Source of the DNA: a virus
Virus record (IMG/VR): IMGVR_UViG_3300047311_000725
Length of the DNA: 64,000 bases
Strand: one strand, 5' to 3'
A program made the translations under genes and the position numbers. Shown here piece by piece: positions 1 to 7,856 of the stretch. The notes below the pieces were generated by a model. It searched no databases, had not been told where the DNA came from, and was given only the letters and a program-made list of their open reading frames with translations. The stretch's first letter is position 1. Each line of letters begins with the position of its first letter.

Positions 1-109
1 GGTAGTCGTTCCTATGGATCCGGAACGGGACCTGCTGGATGTTCTTCTCCTTCTCGGAGAGGGCCACCGGGTTCTTGAGGCGTTCGAGATCCTTGTTCTT
101 GTCGTCCAC
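1..109 (-). CDS. partial CDS (N-terminal ~36 aa; gene continues beyond window start), hypothetical
   Basis: Protein-like minus-strand frame (..VDDKNKDLERLKNPVALSEKEKNIQQVPFRIHRNDY) with possible GTG start at 107-109 preceded by AGAGGG RBS-like sequence. Confidence 0.3.
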   Translation of the reverse strand, partial: MDDKNKDLERLKNPVALSEKEKNIQQVPFRIHRNDY

Positions 110-118
110 GGATCCCTC

Positions 119-595
119 TTACGCCTGGCTTGAGTAGGTTCCGAGGAAGGGAAGGTTCCCGATGCCGCCGCCCGCCACGACCGACGGCTTGATGCCGGCG
201 TCGAGCATGGGCTGCAGGTCGACCTTGTCCGAGGTCCAGCTGATGGTGTGCTGGCCGGGGAGCGGGTCACCGACGTACGGCAGGATGGGATCGATCCACG
301 GCTGGACCGGGGCGATCCAGATCGGGTGGGTGTAGCGCCACGGCTGGCAGACGGCGCATCCCACGCACATGCTGTGGAACTCGTACCGGACCGGCTGCTT
401 CTGGATCTCGTCCCGCATCAGCTGGCGGAACTGCTCCTTCTGCTCCTCGGTCAGGAGGATCTTCCTCTTGGACTTCGGGGCCGGGGACTCGTTGGCCGTG
501 TCGTGCTTCCTGGCCTTCTCGTAGCTGGCGATCTCTTCGGCGGTTCCCTCGACTACCTCTACGGATCCGTCGGGGAGAGTGATTGTCTTCTTCAT
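119..595 (-). CDS. hypothetical protein (Cys-rich segment CVGCAVCQPW)
   Basis: 158-aa ORF, balanced composition, ATG preceded by GAGGAG; no recognisable family. Confidence 0.55.
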   Translation of the reverse strand: MKKTITLPDGSVEVVEGTAEEIASYEKARKHDTANESPAPKSKRKILLTEEQKEQFRQLMRDEIQKQPVRYEFHSMCVGCAVCQPWRYTHPIWIAPVQPWIDPILPYVGDPLPGQHTISWTSDKVDLQPMLDAGIKPSVVAGGGIGNLPFLGTYSSQA

Positions 596-615
596 GGCTT
601 GCGATGCTCCTCAGG

Positions 616-623
616 TCTAAATA
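616..623 (-). promoter_or_regulatory. copy of recurring CTATTTAGA (plus-strand TCTAAATA) motif upstream of gene 119..595
   Basis: Same 8-9 nt motif recurs upstream of several structural genes (48106, 52997, 59080, 62192, 63098). Confidence 0.35.
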
Positions 624-640
624 GGAAGCTGCAGCCGGTT

Positions 641-1060
641 TTACCCGTCCAGCTTACGGATTTTGATACCTGCTGTGGCAAGCAGTTCCAGACCGTCCGT
701 CAGCCGGTACGGCTTCTGGTAGACGACCTCGGAGATGTTCGCGTTGACGATGGCCACGGCGCACTGGTAGCAGGGCTGGGTGGTCACGTACATCTTCTTC
801 TTCGCGACGCTGGTGTAGTTGGCCTTGATGAGGGCGTTCACCTCGGCGTGGAGATGGCCACAGAGGCCGGGTTCCAGGCTGAGGCAGTCGTTGGAGATCC
901 CCTTGGGACCTCCGTTGTAGCCGACCCCGAGGACCTGCTGGTTGTCCTCGGTGACGATCACGCAGCCGACCTGAAGCCGGGAGCAGGTGGACCGCTGGGA
1001 CAGCGTGAGAGCCAGCCCCATCCAGACGTCGTCCCAGGTGGGCCGATCAGTTGGACTCAT
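641..1060 (-). CDS. dCMP deaminase (cytidine/deoxycytidylate deaminase family)
   Basis: CGHLHAEVNA zinc-binding motif and PCYQC motif typical of dCMP/cytidine deaminases; 139 aa. Confidence 0.8.
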   Translation of the reverse strand: MSPTDRPTWDDVWMGLALTLSQRSTCSRLQVGCVIVTEDNQQVLGVGYNGGPKGISNDCLSLEPGLCGHLHAEVNALIKANYTSVAKKKMYVTTQPCYQCAVAIVNANISEVVYQKPYRLTDGLELLATAGIKIRKLDG

Positions 1061-1151
1061 AGAAGCGAACCTGTCTCCGGGTCCGTCTACGAACGTAGAA
1101 GGTACCGGCGATGGGCAGGGCGATGAGGGCCATGATCACGAAGAACTCCAT
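1047..1151 (-). CDS. small hydrophobic peptide (34 aa, MEFFVIMALIALPIAGTFYVRRRTRRQVRFYESN)
   Basis: ATG at 1149-1151 overlaps stop of the upstream small ORF (ATGA); single predicted TM helix plus basic tail; ends overlapping dCMP deaminase start. Confidence 0.3.
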   Translation of the reverse strand: MEFFVIMALIALPIAGTFYVRRRTRRQVRFYESN

Positions 1152-1225
1152 CAGGGTCTCCACTGTCTGTAGTTGATCGCCAGTAGCCAGACGATCAGCA
1201 GCACGACGACTGCCCAGGTCGGCAT
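1151..1225 (-). CDS. small hydrophobic peptide (24 aa, MPTWAVVVLLIVWLLAINYRQWRP)
   Basis: ATG 1223-1225 overlaps stop codon of dUTPase-like gene by 1 nt (TGATG); one TM helix. Confidence 0.25.
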   Translation of the reverse strand: MPTWAVVVLLIVWLLAINYRQWRP

Positions 1226-1581
1226 CACTCCAGCTCGAGGTCGTTGTTGTCCAGCACGAAGGCGCGGGCCAGGACGTCGCTCTGCTCGATGAGCTGGGTC
1301 TCCTTGCCCGTGTTCTTCACGATGAGGACCAGGTCCGTGTCGGCGTCCAACGTCGGACCGTTCGGCTCCAGCACCGTCAGACCCCTCTGCAGACACCCAC
1401 GGGTCCCGAAGACCTGGAGGGGGTAGTTGCAGCTTACCCCGAGAGGGACCCTCACCGACGCCCCCGCAGGGATGTTCAGGACGATGGGCGCCTTCAGATT
1501 GAAGACGCGGGCGGGTCCTACGCGGTTCGGCTTCACACCGTCGGTGACGAGGAAGCGAACGGATTCTTTCTTACGTGCCAT
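1225..1581 (-). CDS. dUTPase / dCTP deaminase superfamily protein (putative)
   Basis: 118 aa starting MARKKESVRF; segment TLDADTDLVLIVKNTG resembles dUTPase motif III pattern D.D..G...V...N.G; weak. Confidence 0.45.
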   Translation of the reverse strand: MARKKESVRFLVTDGVKPNRVGPARVFNLKAPIVLNIPAGASVRVPLGVSCNYPLQVFGTRGCLQRGLTVLEPNGPTLDADTDLVLIVKNTGKETQLIEQSDVLARAFVLDNNDLELE

Positions 1582-1582
1582 G

Positions 1583-2794
1583 TCAGGCTCCTTCTTTCTC
1601 GATAAGTAGGTCTTCACCCATGTCCACCACATCATTGGCCACGTCCTCGATTCTGTCGACGAAGTACCGGGCGTCCATGTGCTCGATCTGTTCGACGTTC
1701 TCTCTGCGGATGCGGTCCCGCTCCTTGAGGGGAAGTCCGGTCAGGGTCTTCACCACCTCGATCATGTCCCACCCGTCGCCGGCGATGAGGCCCGGCTGGA
1801 CGTAGGAAGAGATGCCGAGGTGAGAGCCGAGCCCCACCGGGATCGTACCGAACATGAGCGCCTCCCACGGACGCGGGGTGATGAACCCTGTCTCGAGGTA
1901 GCTCTGCTTCGCCAGGATCGGACAGGCCACCGCCGACCCGTAGACCCGGCGGAAGTCCGCCATGGTGATCCGGTCGTTGTAGCTCACGTTCGGCCAGAGC
2001 TTCTTGCACTCTTCGACCGTCCGCATCCAGTTGCCCCAGAACTCCACCTGCCCCGGGAAAGAGTCCGAGACGGGCTTCAGCCACTTGGTGATGACGTCGT
2101 CCCGCTCGTACCGGCTGCCGATGTAGACCAGCTTCCGGTTCTCGTCCGCCTCGAGGGTCGGGTGCTGCATGAGGTCCGCCACGATGGTGGGGAACTCCAC
2201 GCTGGTCCGCCTGGTGACCAGGTGCAGCGGCTTCTTCGAAGTCTCGAAGACCGCGTCTGGAGACCAGGTGATCTCGTCGTGGCCCAGGAGCTTGTGGTCC
2301 AGGTCCCAGAAGATGAGCTTGGTGCCCCGCTCCTTATAGTACCGCAGGATCTCGTACTGCCTGAAGAGGTCGGGCTGGAGCTCGATCTTCTTGTCGGCGT
2401 ACCCCGAGGCCATCATGGGCTGGCCGCTCTTCGCGTCGCTGGGGAAGCAGGGCGCGCCCTCCCACGAGCAGCAGTTCCGTCCGAAGATCGGGAACCTCCA
2501 CTCGACCAGCAGGACGTCCAGCTCGGGGAGGTCCACCCCGTTGGTCCGCTCGATGCCGAGGTAGGCCTCGGTCCGCTTCTCCTCACTGAACGAGGCGAAG
2601 AGGTCCCGGCCATACTTCATCCAGCCCTCGCGGTCGCGATCCTTCTGCATCGTGTAGACCGTGTAGTCCCGTTGCAGAAGCTCCCAGATGATGCTCCAGG
2701 AGTATGCGGCGTTCCCGTCCGGTGTGGAGACGGCCTCACCGCCCTCGCGTTTGTGATCTCCGAGGAAGCCCCAGTAGGAATATCCGATTCGCAT
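1583..2794 (-). CDS. T4 beta-glucosyltransferase (BGT, GT63)-like DNA hydroxymethyl-pyrimidine glucosyltransferase
   Basis: Collinear similarity to T4 BGT as remembered: MRIGYSYWGFLGD vs MKIAIINMGNNV; KLVYIGSRYERDDV vs LDVIYGGSFRSGQRE; FITPRPWEALMFGTIPV vs FITLRVWETMASDAVML. Confidence 0.75.
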   Translation of the reverse strand: MRIGYSYWGFLGDHKREGGEAVSTPDGNAAYSWSIIWELLQRDYTVYTMQKDRDREGWMKYGRDLFASFSEEKRTEAYLGIERTNGVDLPELDVLLVEWRFPIFGRNCCSWEGAPCFPSDAKSGQPMMASGYADKKIELQPDLFRQYEILRYYKERGTKLIFWDLDHKLLGHDEITWSPDAVFETSKKPLHLVTRRTSVEFPTIVADLMQHPTLEADENRKLVYIGSRYERDDVITKWLKPVSDSFPGQVEFWGNWMRTVEECKKLWPNVSYNDRITMADFRRVYGSAVACPILAKQSYLETGFITPRPWEALMFGTIPVGLGSHLGISSYVQPGLIAGDGWDMIEVVKTLTGLPLKERDRIRRENVEQIEHMDARYFVDRIEDVANDVVDMGEDLLIEKEGA

Positions 2795-2800
2795 AGACCT

Positions 2801-2811
2801 ATTATACCACA
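2801..2811 (-). promoter_or_regulatory. extended -10 promoter element TGTGGTATAAT, 6 nt upstream of ATG of BGT-like gene (leaderless transcript likely)
   Basis: Plus-strand attataccaca; same element recurs at 16877, 47474 and variants at 11391, 7238, 36712, 63913. Confidence 0.5.
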
Positions 2812-2812
2812 G

Positions 2813-3025
2813 TTAGCAGCGCATGAGAAGGTCTTTGCCAGGACCGTGGTGCGCCTGGTTGAGCTTGTCCTGCTCCTTCTTGCCGCCCATGGACGGGTCG
2901 ATCTCGTGGATGAACACGAGAGAGAGATGCTTCTTCACGGCCTCGAGCTGCTTCTCGTCCAGGGTCTTGGGATCCTGGATCTCGAAGAACCCCTGCAGCC
3001 AGAAACAGAAATCCCTAGAAGTCAT
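2813..3025 (-). CDS. hypothetical protein (~70 aa, MTSRDFCFWLQGFFEIQDPK..)
   Basis: ATG at 3023-3025; earlier part of the listed ORF overlaps upstream gene and is Ser/Arg-rich. Confidence 0.45.
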   Translation of the reverse strand: MTSRDFCFWLQGFFEIQDPKTLDEKQLEAVKKHLSLVFIHEIDPSMGGKKEQDKLNQAHHGPGKDLLMRC

Positions 3026-3494
3026 TTTGCCACTCCTCTTCTGCTTTGCGTCGTTCAAGAGCGTACGCAAGCGCTGCCTCACCGATGAGCCGCTTGAGTT
3101 CTTCCTCATTTTCCTCCGACCTTTCCGTGCGGAAGTCCGCGAGAGAGCGAACCTCGATGGGCCGCCCGTCGACGACGGCGTTCTTGATCCCGAGCTTCAT
3201 GCCTGACGAGATGCCCTTGTCGACGAAGAAGATCGAAGCCGAGGCCTGGGTGTTCCAGGCGAACCCTGCCTCGATGCCGAGGGTCCGCTCCGCGGGGACC
3301 TGGTCGTCGAGGACGCCGGGCTGGGTGTAGAGGGCGTGGCTGGCGTACGGCGCTTCTCCCTTGATCAGGCAGTCGTGCATGGCAGCCCGCAGGTAGCGGA
3401 GGTTCTCCTCCACCCCCTCGGGATCCCAGCTGCCGTCCGGCTTGCGGGCCGCGAACGGTGACTCGACGATGACCAGTCTTAGACGCTTCATCAT
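3015..3494 (-). CDS. hypothetical protein, possibly nucleoside 2-deoxyribosyltransferase-like fold (DUF1937-like)
   Basis: 160 aa from MMKRLRLVIVESPFAA..; N-terminal VIVESPF..H motif reminiscent of deoxyribosyltransferase-like phage proteins; uncertain. Confidence 0.4.
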   Translation of the reverse strand: MMKRLRLVIVESPFAARKPDGSWDPEGVEENLRYLRAAMHDCLIKGEAPYASHALYTQPGVLDDQVPAERTLGIEAGFAWNTQASASIFFVDKGISSGMKLGIKNAVVDGRPIEVRSLADFRTERSEENEEELKRLIGEAALAYALERRKAEEEWQNDF

Positions 3495-3499
3495 GTCTC

Positions 3500-4018
3500 C
3501 TATCTCATGAGGAGCGGGATGATGTAGTCCAGCTCCGACTTGGTGTCGTTCTTGTAGTAGTCCACGTTCACTGGAACGACGTCGCAGTTCGTCCACTCCA
3601 TGAAGTCGAAGTAGGCGTCGTGGATCTCTTTGAGCTTGTTCTTCGGGACCAGCTCGTCCTCCCGGTTCTTCGTGTAGTCTTCACGCCACGGGATGATGAT
3701 GCGGGCGCCGAGCTCACTCCACTCCCGGTCCAGCTGAGAGAGGACCGAGAAGTTCGTCTCCCTCTTGAAGACCATGGAGTATACCCACTCGCTCGGCCAG
3801 GCGCGGTCGATGATGACCGAGCACCCGGTCTGCTTGAGGAATTGGGTGAGGTACGTCTGGTCGAACTCCAGCGCCTCCTTGAACTTCCCCTTGCGCCAGT
3901 TGTCGTGCTCCGAGTTCATCTTGAAGTACGGGACGCCGATCTCTTTGGAGAGAGCCTTGGCGATGGTGGTCTTCCCCACGCCGTCCGGTCCTTCGAAGAG
4001 GATGATGTCTTGCTTCAT
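3500..4018 (-). CDS. deoxynucleoside monophosphate kinase / thymidylate-kinase-like P-loop kinase
   Basis: Walker A GPDGVGKTT near N-terminus, ~172 aa, start ATG verified at 4016-4018. Confidence 0.65.
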   Translation of the reverse strand: MKQDIILFEGPDGVGKTTIAKALSKEIGVPYFKMNSEHDNWRKGKFKEALEFDQTYLTQFLKQTGCSVIIDRAWPSEWVYSMVFKRETNFSVLSQLDREWSELGARIIIPWREDYTKNREDELVPKNKLKEIHDAYFDFMEWTNCDVVPVNVDYYKNDTKSELDYIIPLLMR

Positions 4019-4019
4019 G

Positions 4020-5153
4020 TCAGACTCCCGAAGTTCCGCCGCCGTGGCGCCGGAAGAGCTTGGACCAGATGACCATCGCTTCCCCCAGCCGCCTGAAGTA
4101 CTGGGCGTGTTCTGGGTACTCCGAATAGGCTCCGATGTGTTGCCCCATCTCGCCATAGCAGCCATCCAGGTCGAGCCCCGGAGAGATCTGAGCCTTGTCG
4201 ACGTGCTCCCAGAACTTCTCGTTGACCTCGATGCCGTTCGCTTCCTTCTTCAGGTTGGCGAACGGGTTGCTGGCCCGTTCGTGCCGGATGTAGGGCATGC
4301 CTGTCGAGACCTGAAGACGCTTCACGTCCGCGATCTTCTTCATCAGGATGCCGCACCAGATGTCGCCGAACCTGTCGAAGGCCAACTTCTCCAGCGCCAG
4401 GCCCGGAGAGTCCGGGACCGTGAGGAGAGTCCCCAGGGGCGGGGTGTAGATCTTGCTGTTCTCTCTGGAGTGGAGGACCTGGCCCATGAGCAGGTGGTAC
4501 ATGAGGACCGTCGCGTCCCGGCGCCACATGACGTTCATGCCGCACATCGGGAAGTACGAGCCGTTGGGCACGATCCGGTTGTCGAAGCTGAACTCCTCGG
4601 GGATCGGGTTGGCCAGCTGGAACGGGGCGTCGTAGTCCAGCACGTTGGTCCAGAGCCCGTGATTGACGATCACCTTGTCGTTGCGACCGAGGTTGTAGAA
4701 CGGGATGCCACGTGGCTTCACCTTGTTCAGGGTGTTGAACCACCGGGTCCGCTTCTCCAGGTACTGGAGGTGGGAGGCGACGAACGACTCCCCGTCCTCG
4801 TACTGAAGTCCATCCACATCCCTCGACGGCGGGTAGCAGTCGTCGTCGAGGGTGAGGATGAAATCGTAACCCATCTTCCAGGCGTAGTAGTACGCGTAGC
4901 TCCTGACCGTGTCCGAACGCCGGGGGATGATCCAGCTGTCTTTCCCGAGGTCAGCCTCGATGTCTTCCCAGCAGAGGTGGACCGCTCCCCACCGCTTGTC
5001 GACGCTGGAAACGTCGAAGGTCTTCTTCGGGTTGTCCTCCATCACGATCAGGTCGACTGCCTGATAGAGACCGAGGGCTTCCCACCGGGAGATGAAGTCC
5101 TTGAAGGAGTTCTCCCGGATGGTCGGAATGACGAGAGCGACGCGCATGGACAT
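4020..5153 (-). CDS. GT75-family protein, homolog of plant reversibly glycosylated polypeptide / UDP-arabinopyranose mutase
   Basis: Strong collinear matches to Arabidopsis RGP1 as remembered: LVIPTIREN, FILTLDDDCY (DxD), HGLWTNVLDYDAPFQL, FPMCGMN, MPYIRHERASNPFANLKKE. Confidence 0.85.
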   Translation of the reverse strand: MSMRVALVIPTIRENSFKDFISRWEALGLYQAVDLIVMEDNPKKTFDVSSVDKRWGAVHLCWEDIEADLGKDSWIIPRRSDTVRSYAYYYAWKMGYDFILTLDDDCYPPSRDVDGLQYEDGESFVASHLQYLEKRTRWFNTLNKVKPRGIPFYNLGRNDKVIVNHGLWTNVLDYDAPFQLANPIPEEFSFDNRIVPNGSYFPMCGMNVMWRRDATVLMYHLLMGQVLHSRENSKIYTPPLGTLLTVPDSPGLALEKLAFDRFGDIWCGILMKKIADVKRLQVSTGMPYIRHERASNPFANLKKEANGIEVNEKFWEHVDKAQISPGLDLDGCYGEMGQHIGAYSEYPEHAQYFRRLGEAMVIWSKLFRRHGGGTSGV

Positions 5154-5155
5154 AC

Positions 5156-5380
5156 CTAGATGTACTCCCCATCGACGATCTTGAGAGCTGCTCGGCGAAC
5201 TTCCGCCATCGAACCGTAGGGACCGTGCGGCTTCTGGACTCCCGCCTGGACGAAGAACCACTCGTCCTCGATGCGGGTGATGTGGCCAAGATAACTGTCC
5301 TTGGCCATCTTGGGACCGTTCTCGTGGATGCTATCGACGCCTGCTCCGTCACTCATCCAGGTGATCTTGATCTTGGCCAT
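5156..5380 (-). CDS. hypothetical protein (74 aa)
   Basis: ORF with balanced composition between GT75 gene and flotillin gene. Confidence 0.45.
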   Translation of the reverse strand: MAKIKITWMSDGAGVDSIHENGPKMAKDSYLGHITRIEDEWFFVQAGVQKPHGPYGSMAEVRRAALKIVDGEYI

Positions 5381-5389
5381 GTTGGCTCC

Positions 5390-7219
5390 TTAGTGGGACT
5401 CGGGAGTGCCGCCGCCGTTGCTGCCGTTCTTCGAGAGGCCGTCCTTGATGAGGCCGGCCAGGAGGACGTTCACCAGGCCGCCCTGGTTGTTGCCGTCGAG
5501 ACCGCCACCGGCCATGATCTCCGGGACCAGGGCGTGACCGGACGAGGAGAGGGCGCGTGCCACCTCGATGAGGGCGTAGTTGGCCTTGCCGTTCGCGTCG
5601 GTCTTCTTCTGGATGACCTCGGCCTCGGCCGTGCCGACCGCCGTGATCTTCTTGCCCTCGGCGTCACCGATGGCCACGAGCACCTCGGCATCCGCCTTGG
5701 CGTTGATGGTCTTGGACTGGGCGTCGCCTTCCGCCTTCTTGACCGCCGACTGGGCGTCGAACTCGGCGATCTGGACCTTCCGCTGGGACTCGACGACGTT
5801 GGCCTGGGTGGCCGCCATCGCCTTGGCCTGCTCGAACTCCTTGCGGGTCTCCTCGGCCATGCGCTGGGTGTCGAACGTGATCTTCTCCTGCTCGGCGATC
5901 TTCCGCTTCGTCAGGGTCTCCATGAGGGCGTCCGGCGGGGTGATGTCACCGATGAGGGTGTCCACCGCTCCGACGTTGTACTCCTTCAGGGCGTTGTTGA
6001 TGGAAGCCCGGGCGTCCTGCTGGCGCTTCTCGCGCTCCTTGAGGAAGGCGATGGCGTCCGAGCCCTGGGCCGCGTTCCTGAAGTAGTTGCCGATGGTCGG
6101 CTCCAGGACCTGGGTGACCAGGTTGGCCACGCTGCCAAAGCGGGCGATGACCTTGGGGGCGTCGGTCCGGGGGATGTGGATGATCTGGCTCACGTCCAGA
6201 TTGAACTTGAAGCCGTCGGAGCTACGCACCGTGATGGTGGACAGGTTGGCGTCCAGCTTGTGCGCCTCGGTCTTGCCGGTCGCCCAGTTGAGGACGACGT
6301 TGGCCGTCGGCACGACCTCGACCTTGTGGGTGTACGGGTTGATCGGGTACTTGCCCGGGTCCAGCGGCTCGACCCACACACCCTTCTGCCCACGGACCAC
6401 GAGGTTGCCGTGCTTGAAGGACTCACCCGTGACGTCCACACCGACCCCACCGACGTAGGCGATGACCACGCCAGCATTGGCGATGGGCACCTCGGTCATC
6501 GGCTTCACTTCCACGGTGGCGAAGAGCGGGTTGATGTAGTACAGGCCGGCCAGGATGACCTGCTCCTGCAGGCCCTTGTAGCCACCGGCGGTGATGAAGG
6601 CCTCGCCGTCCTGGTACATGTTGTGGCCGGGGAACTCTCCGCCGGCGATGTCACCGGTCGAGAGGGGCTTGCCGTCCTTGGTGGTGACCACGCCGACCAT
6701 GTTGTCGGGGATCTCGAGAGCCTCCACGATCCTCAGGGAGAAGAGGACCGTGTTGATGCGGTAGGTGCCGGGGGTGATGATGGCGATCTGGGGACCACGT
6801 TCTCCGCCTGCCTCGAGGAAGGCGCGGGCGTTCTGGAACGAGTCACACTCGACCTTTCGCGCGAGGACTCGACCGTTCACCGGAACCTGGCCACCTCGCG
6901 ACTCGATGAGCCCGACGTGGTTCTCCGGGATGTTCACGAACTTCTGGAGGGTGACCGCGTACTGCCACGGCCAGAGGCCGAAGTGGACGCCAGGGGCCAG
7001 CGTGTCCGCCTGGAAGCCGGCCTCACCCTTCAGGGCGATGACGGCACCGTCGGGCAGGGTCTTCGCGCCGAAGAGGGCGAACTTCTTGTCGACGATGCCG
7101 ACCTCGTCCTTCGAGACGGAGACCATCCCGAAGCAGAGCCGGAGCACGAACTTGTAGAGCACGAGGGTCAGGACGATGGGTACGACCCACCAGAACGCGA
7201 GCACGGTTGCGATGGTCAT
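5390..7219 (-). CDS. flotillin / SPFH (band-7) domain membrane protein
   Basis: N-terminal TM helix, SPFH-like core, long Ala/Lys/Glu/Gln coiled-coil (KAEGDAQSKTINAKADAEV..), Gly-rich C-terminus; 609 aa. Confidence 0.75.
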   Translation of the reverse strand: MTIATVLAFWWVVPIVLTLVLYKFVLRLCFGMVSVSKDEVGIVDKKFALFGAKTLPDGAVIALKGEAGFQADTLAPGVHFGLWPWQYAVTLQKFVNIPENHVGLIESRGGQVPVNGRVLARKVECDSFQNARAFLEAGGERGPQIAIITPGTYRINTVLFSLRIVEALEIPDNMVGVVTTKDGKPLSTGDIAGGEFPGHNMYQDGEAFITAGGYKGLQEQVILAGLYYINPLFATVEVKPMTEVPIANAGVVIAYVGGVGVDVTGESFKHGNLVVRGQKGVWVEPLDPGKYPINPYTHKVEVVPTANVVLNWATGKTEAHKLDANLSTITVRSSDGFKFNLDVSQIIHIPRTDAPKVIARFGSVANLVTQVLEPTIGNYFRNAAQGSDAIAFLKEREKRQQDARASINNALKEYNVGAVDTLIGDITPPDALMETLTKRKIAEQEKITFDTQRMAEETRKEFEQAKAMAATQANVVESQRKVQIAEFDAQSAVKKAEGDAQSKTINAKADAEVLVAIGDAEGKKITAVGTAEAEVIQKKTDANGKANYALIEVARALSSSGHALVPEIMAGGGLDGNNQGGLVNVLLAGLIKDGLSKNGSNGGGTPESH

Positions 7220-7237
7220 TGTTGCCTCCAGGATTGT

Positions 7238-7249
7238 TATTGTATCACA
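7238..7249 (-). promoter_or_regulatory. promoter-like CTGTGATACAAT (-10 TACAAT) followed by GGAGG RBS upstream of flotillin gene
   Basis: Resembles CTGTGATATAAT upstream of DnaE gene. Confidence 0.4.
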
Positions 7250-7547
7250 GTTTGCTGCCGTTGTGCCATTCTTTGAAGCGTTCCTTCTTCATCTGGTAGC
7301 GGGTGTACACGAACCCCGCGTCCAGCTGGCACTCCTCGATCACGAAAGAGCAGGCCGCCATCACGTCGGCGATCTCCTCCTCTAGGGCGCGTTTGAGGTC
7401 GGGGACGTTCCAGTGCTTGGTCTCTCCCCCGGTGCCAAGCAACTTGCCCACCACCTGGACGACCTCGCCGCACTCCTCGACGAGCTTCGAGAGCCCAGGC
7501 CAGAACGTCGACCCGATGCTGTACGGGCCGTTGTTGTCCTTGGTCAT
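7245..7547 (-). CDS. MazG-like nucleoside triphosphate pyrophosphohydrolase (paralog 1)
   Basis: EECGEVVQV ... EEEIADVMAA pattern (EExxE...ExxD) of all-alpha NTP-PPase fold; 100 aa. Confidence 0.65.
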   Translation of the reverse strand: MTKDNNGPYSIGSTFWPGLSKLVEECGEVVQVVGKLLGTGGETKHWNVPDLKRALEEEIADVMAACSFVIEECQLDAGFVYTRYQMKKERFKEWHNGSKL

Positions 7548-7844
7548 CTACTTCCTCGACCAGGTCATGATGAAACAGTGAGGCGCGGAGGCGTACTCCC
7601 GAGGGTCGCAGATGTCCACCTGAAGGCGGGTGTGCGGGTCCATGTCCAGCTCGGGGGCATCGACGTCGGCACCACAGCTGAAGGTGAGAGTGACCTTGGC
7701 CGGGACGCGGTTCTCGATCACGAACTGGGAGCAGGAGGCGACCTGCTTCTCCGAGATGATCGTCGGCTCTTCCTTCGGCTTGAGCTTGAGGGTGACGCCG
7801 CTCACGGCGAGGATCGAGGCGAGGAGTGCGATGAAGATCTTCAT
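7548..7844 (-). CDS. secreted small protein with N-terminal signal peptide and 4+ Cys
   Basis: MKIFIALLASILAVSGVT signal-like N-terminus; 98 aa. Confidence 0.5.
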   Translation of the reverse strand: MKIFIALLASILAVSGVTLKLKPKEEPTIISEKQVASCSQFVIENRVPAKVTLTFSCGADVDAPELDMDPHTRLQVDICDPREYASAPHCFIMTWSRK

Positions 7845-7856
7845 GGTGTTTTCTCC

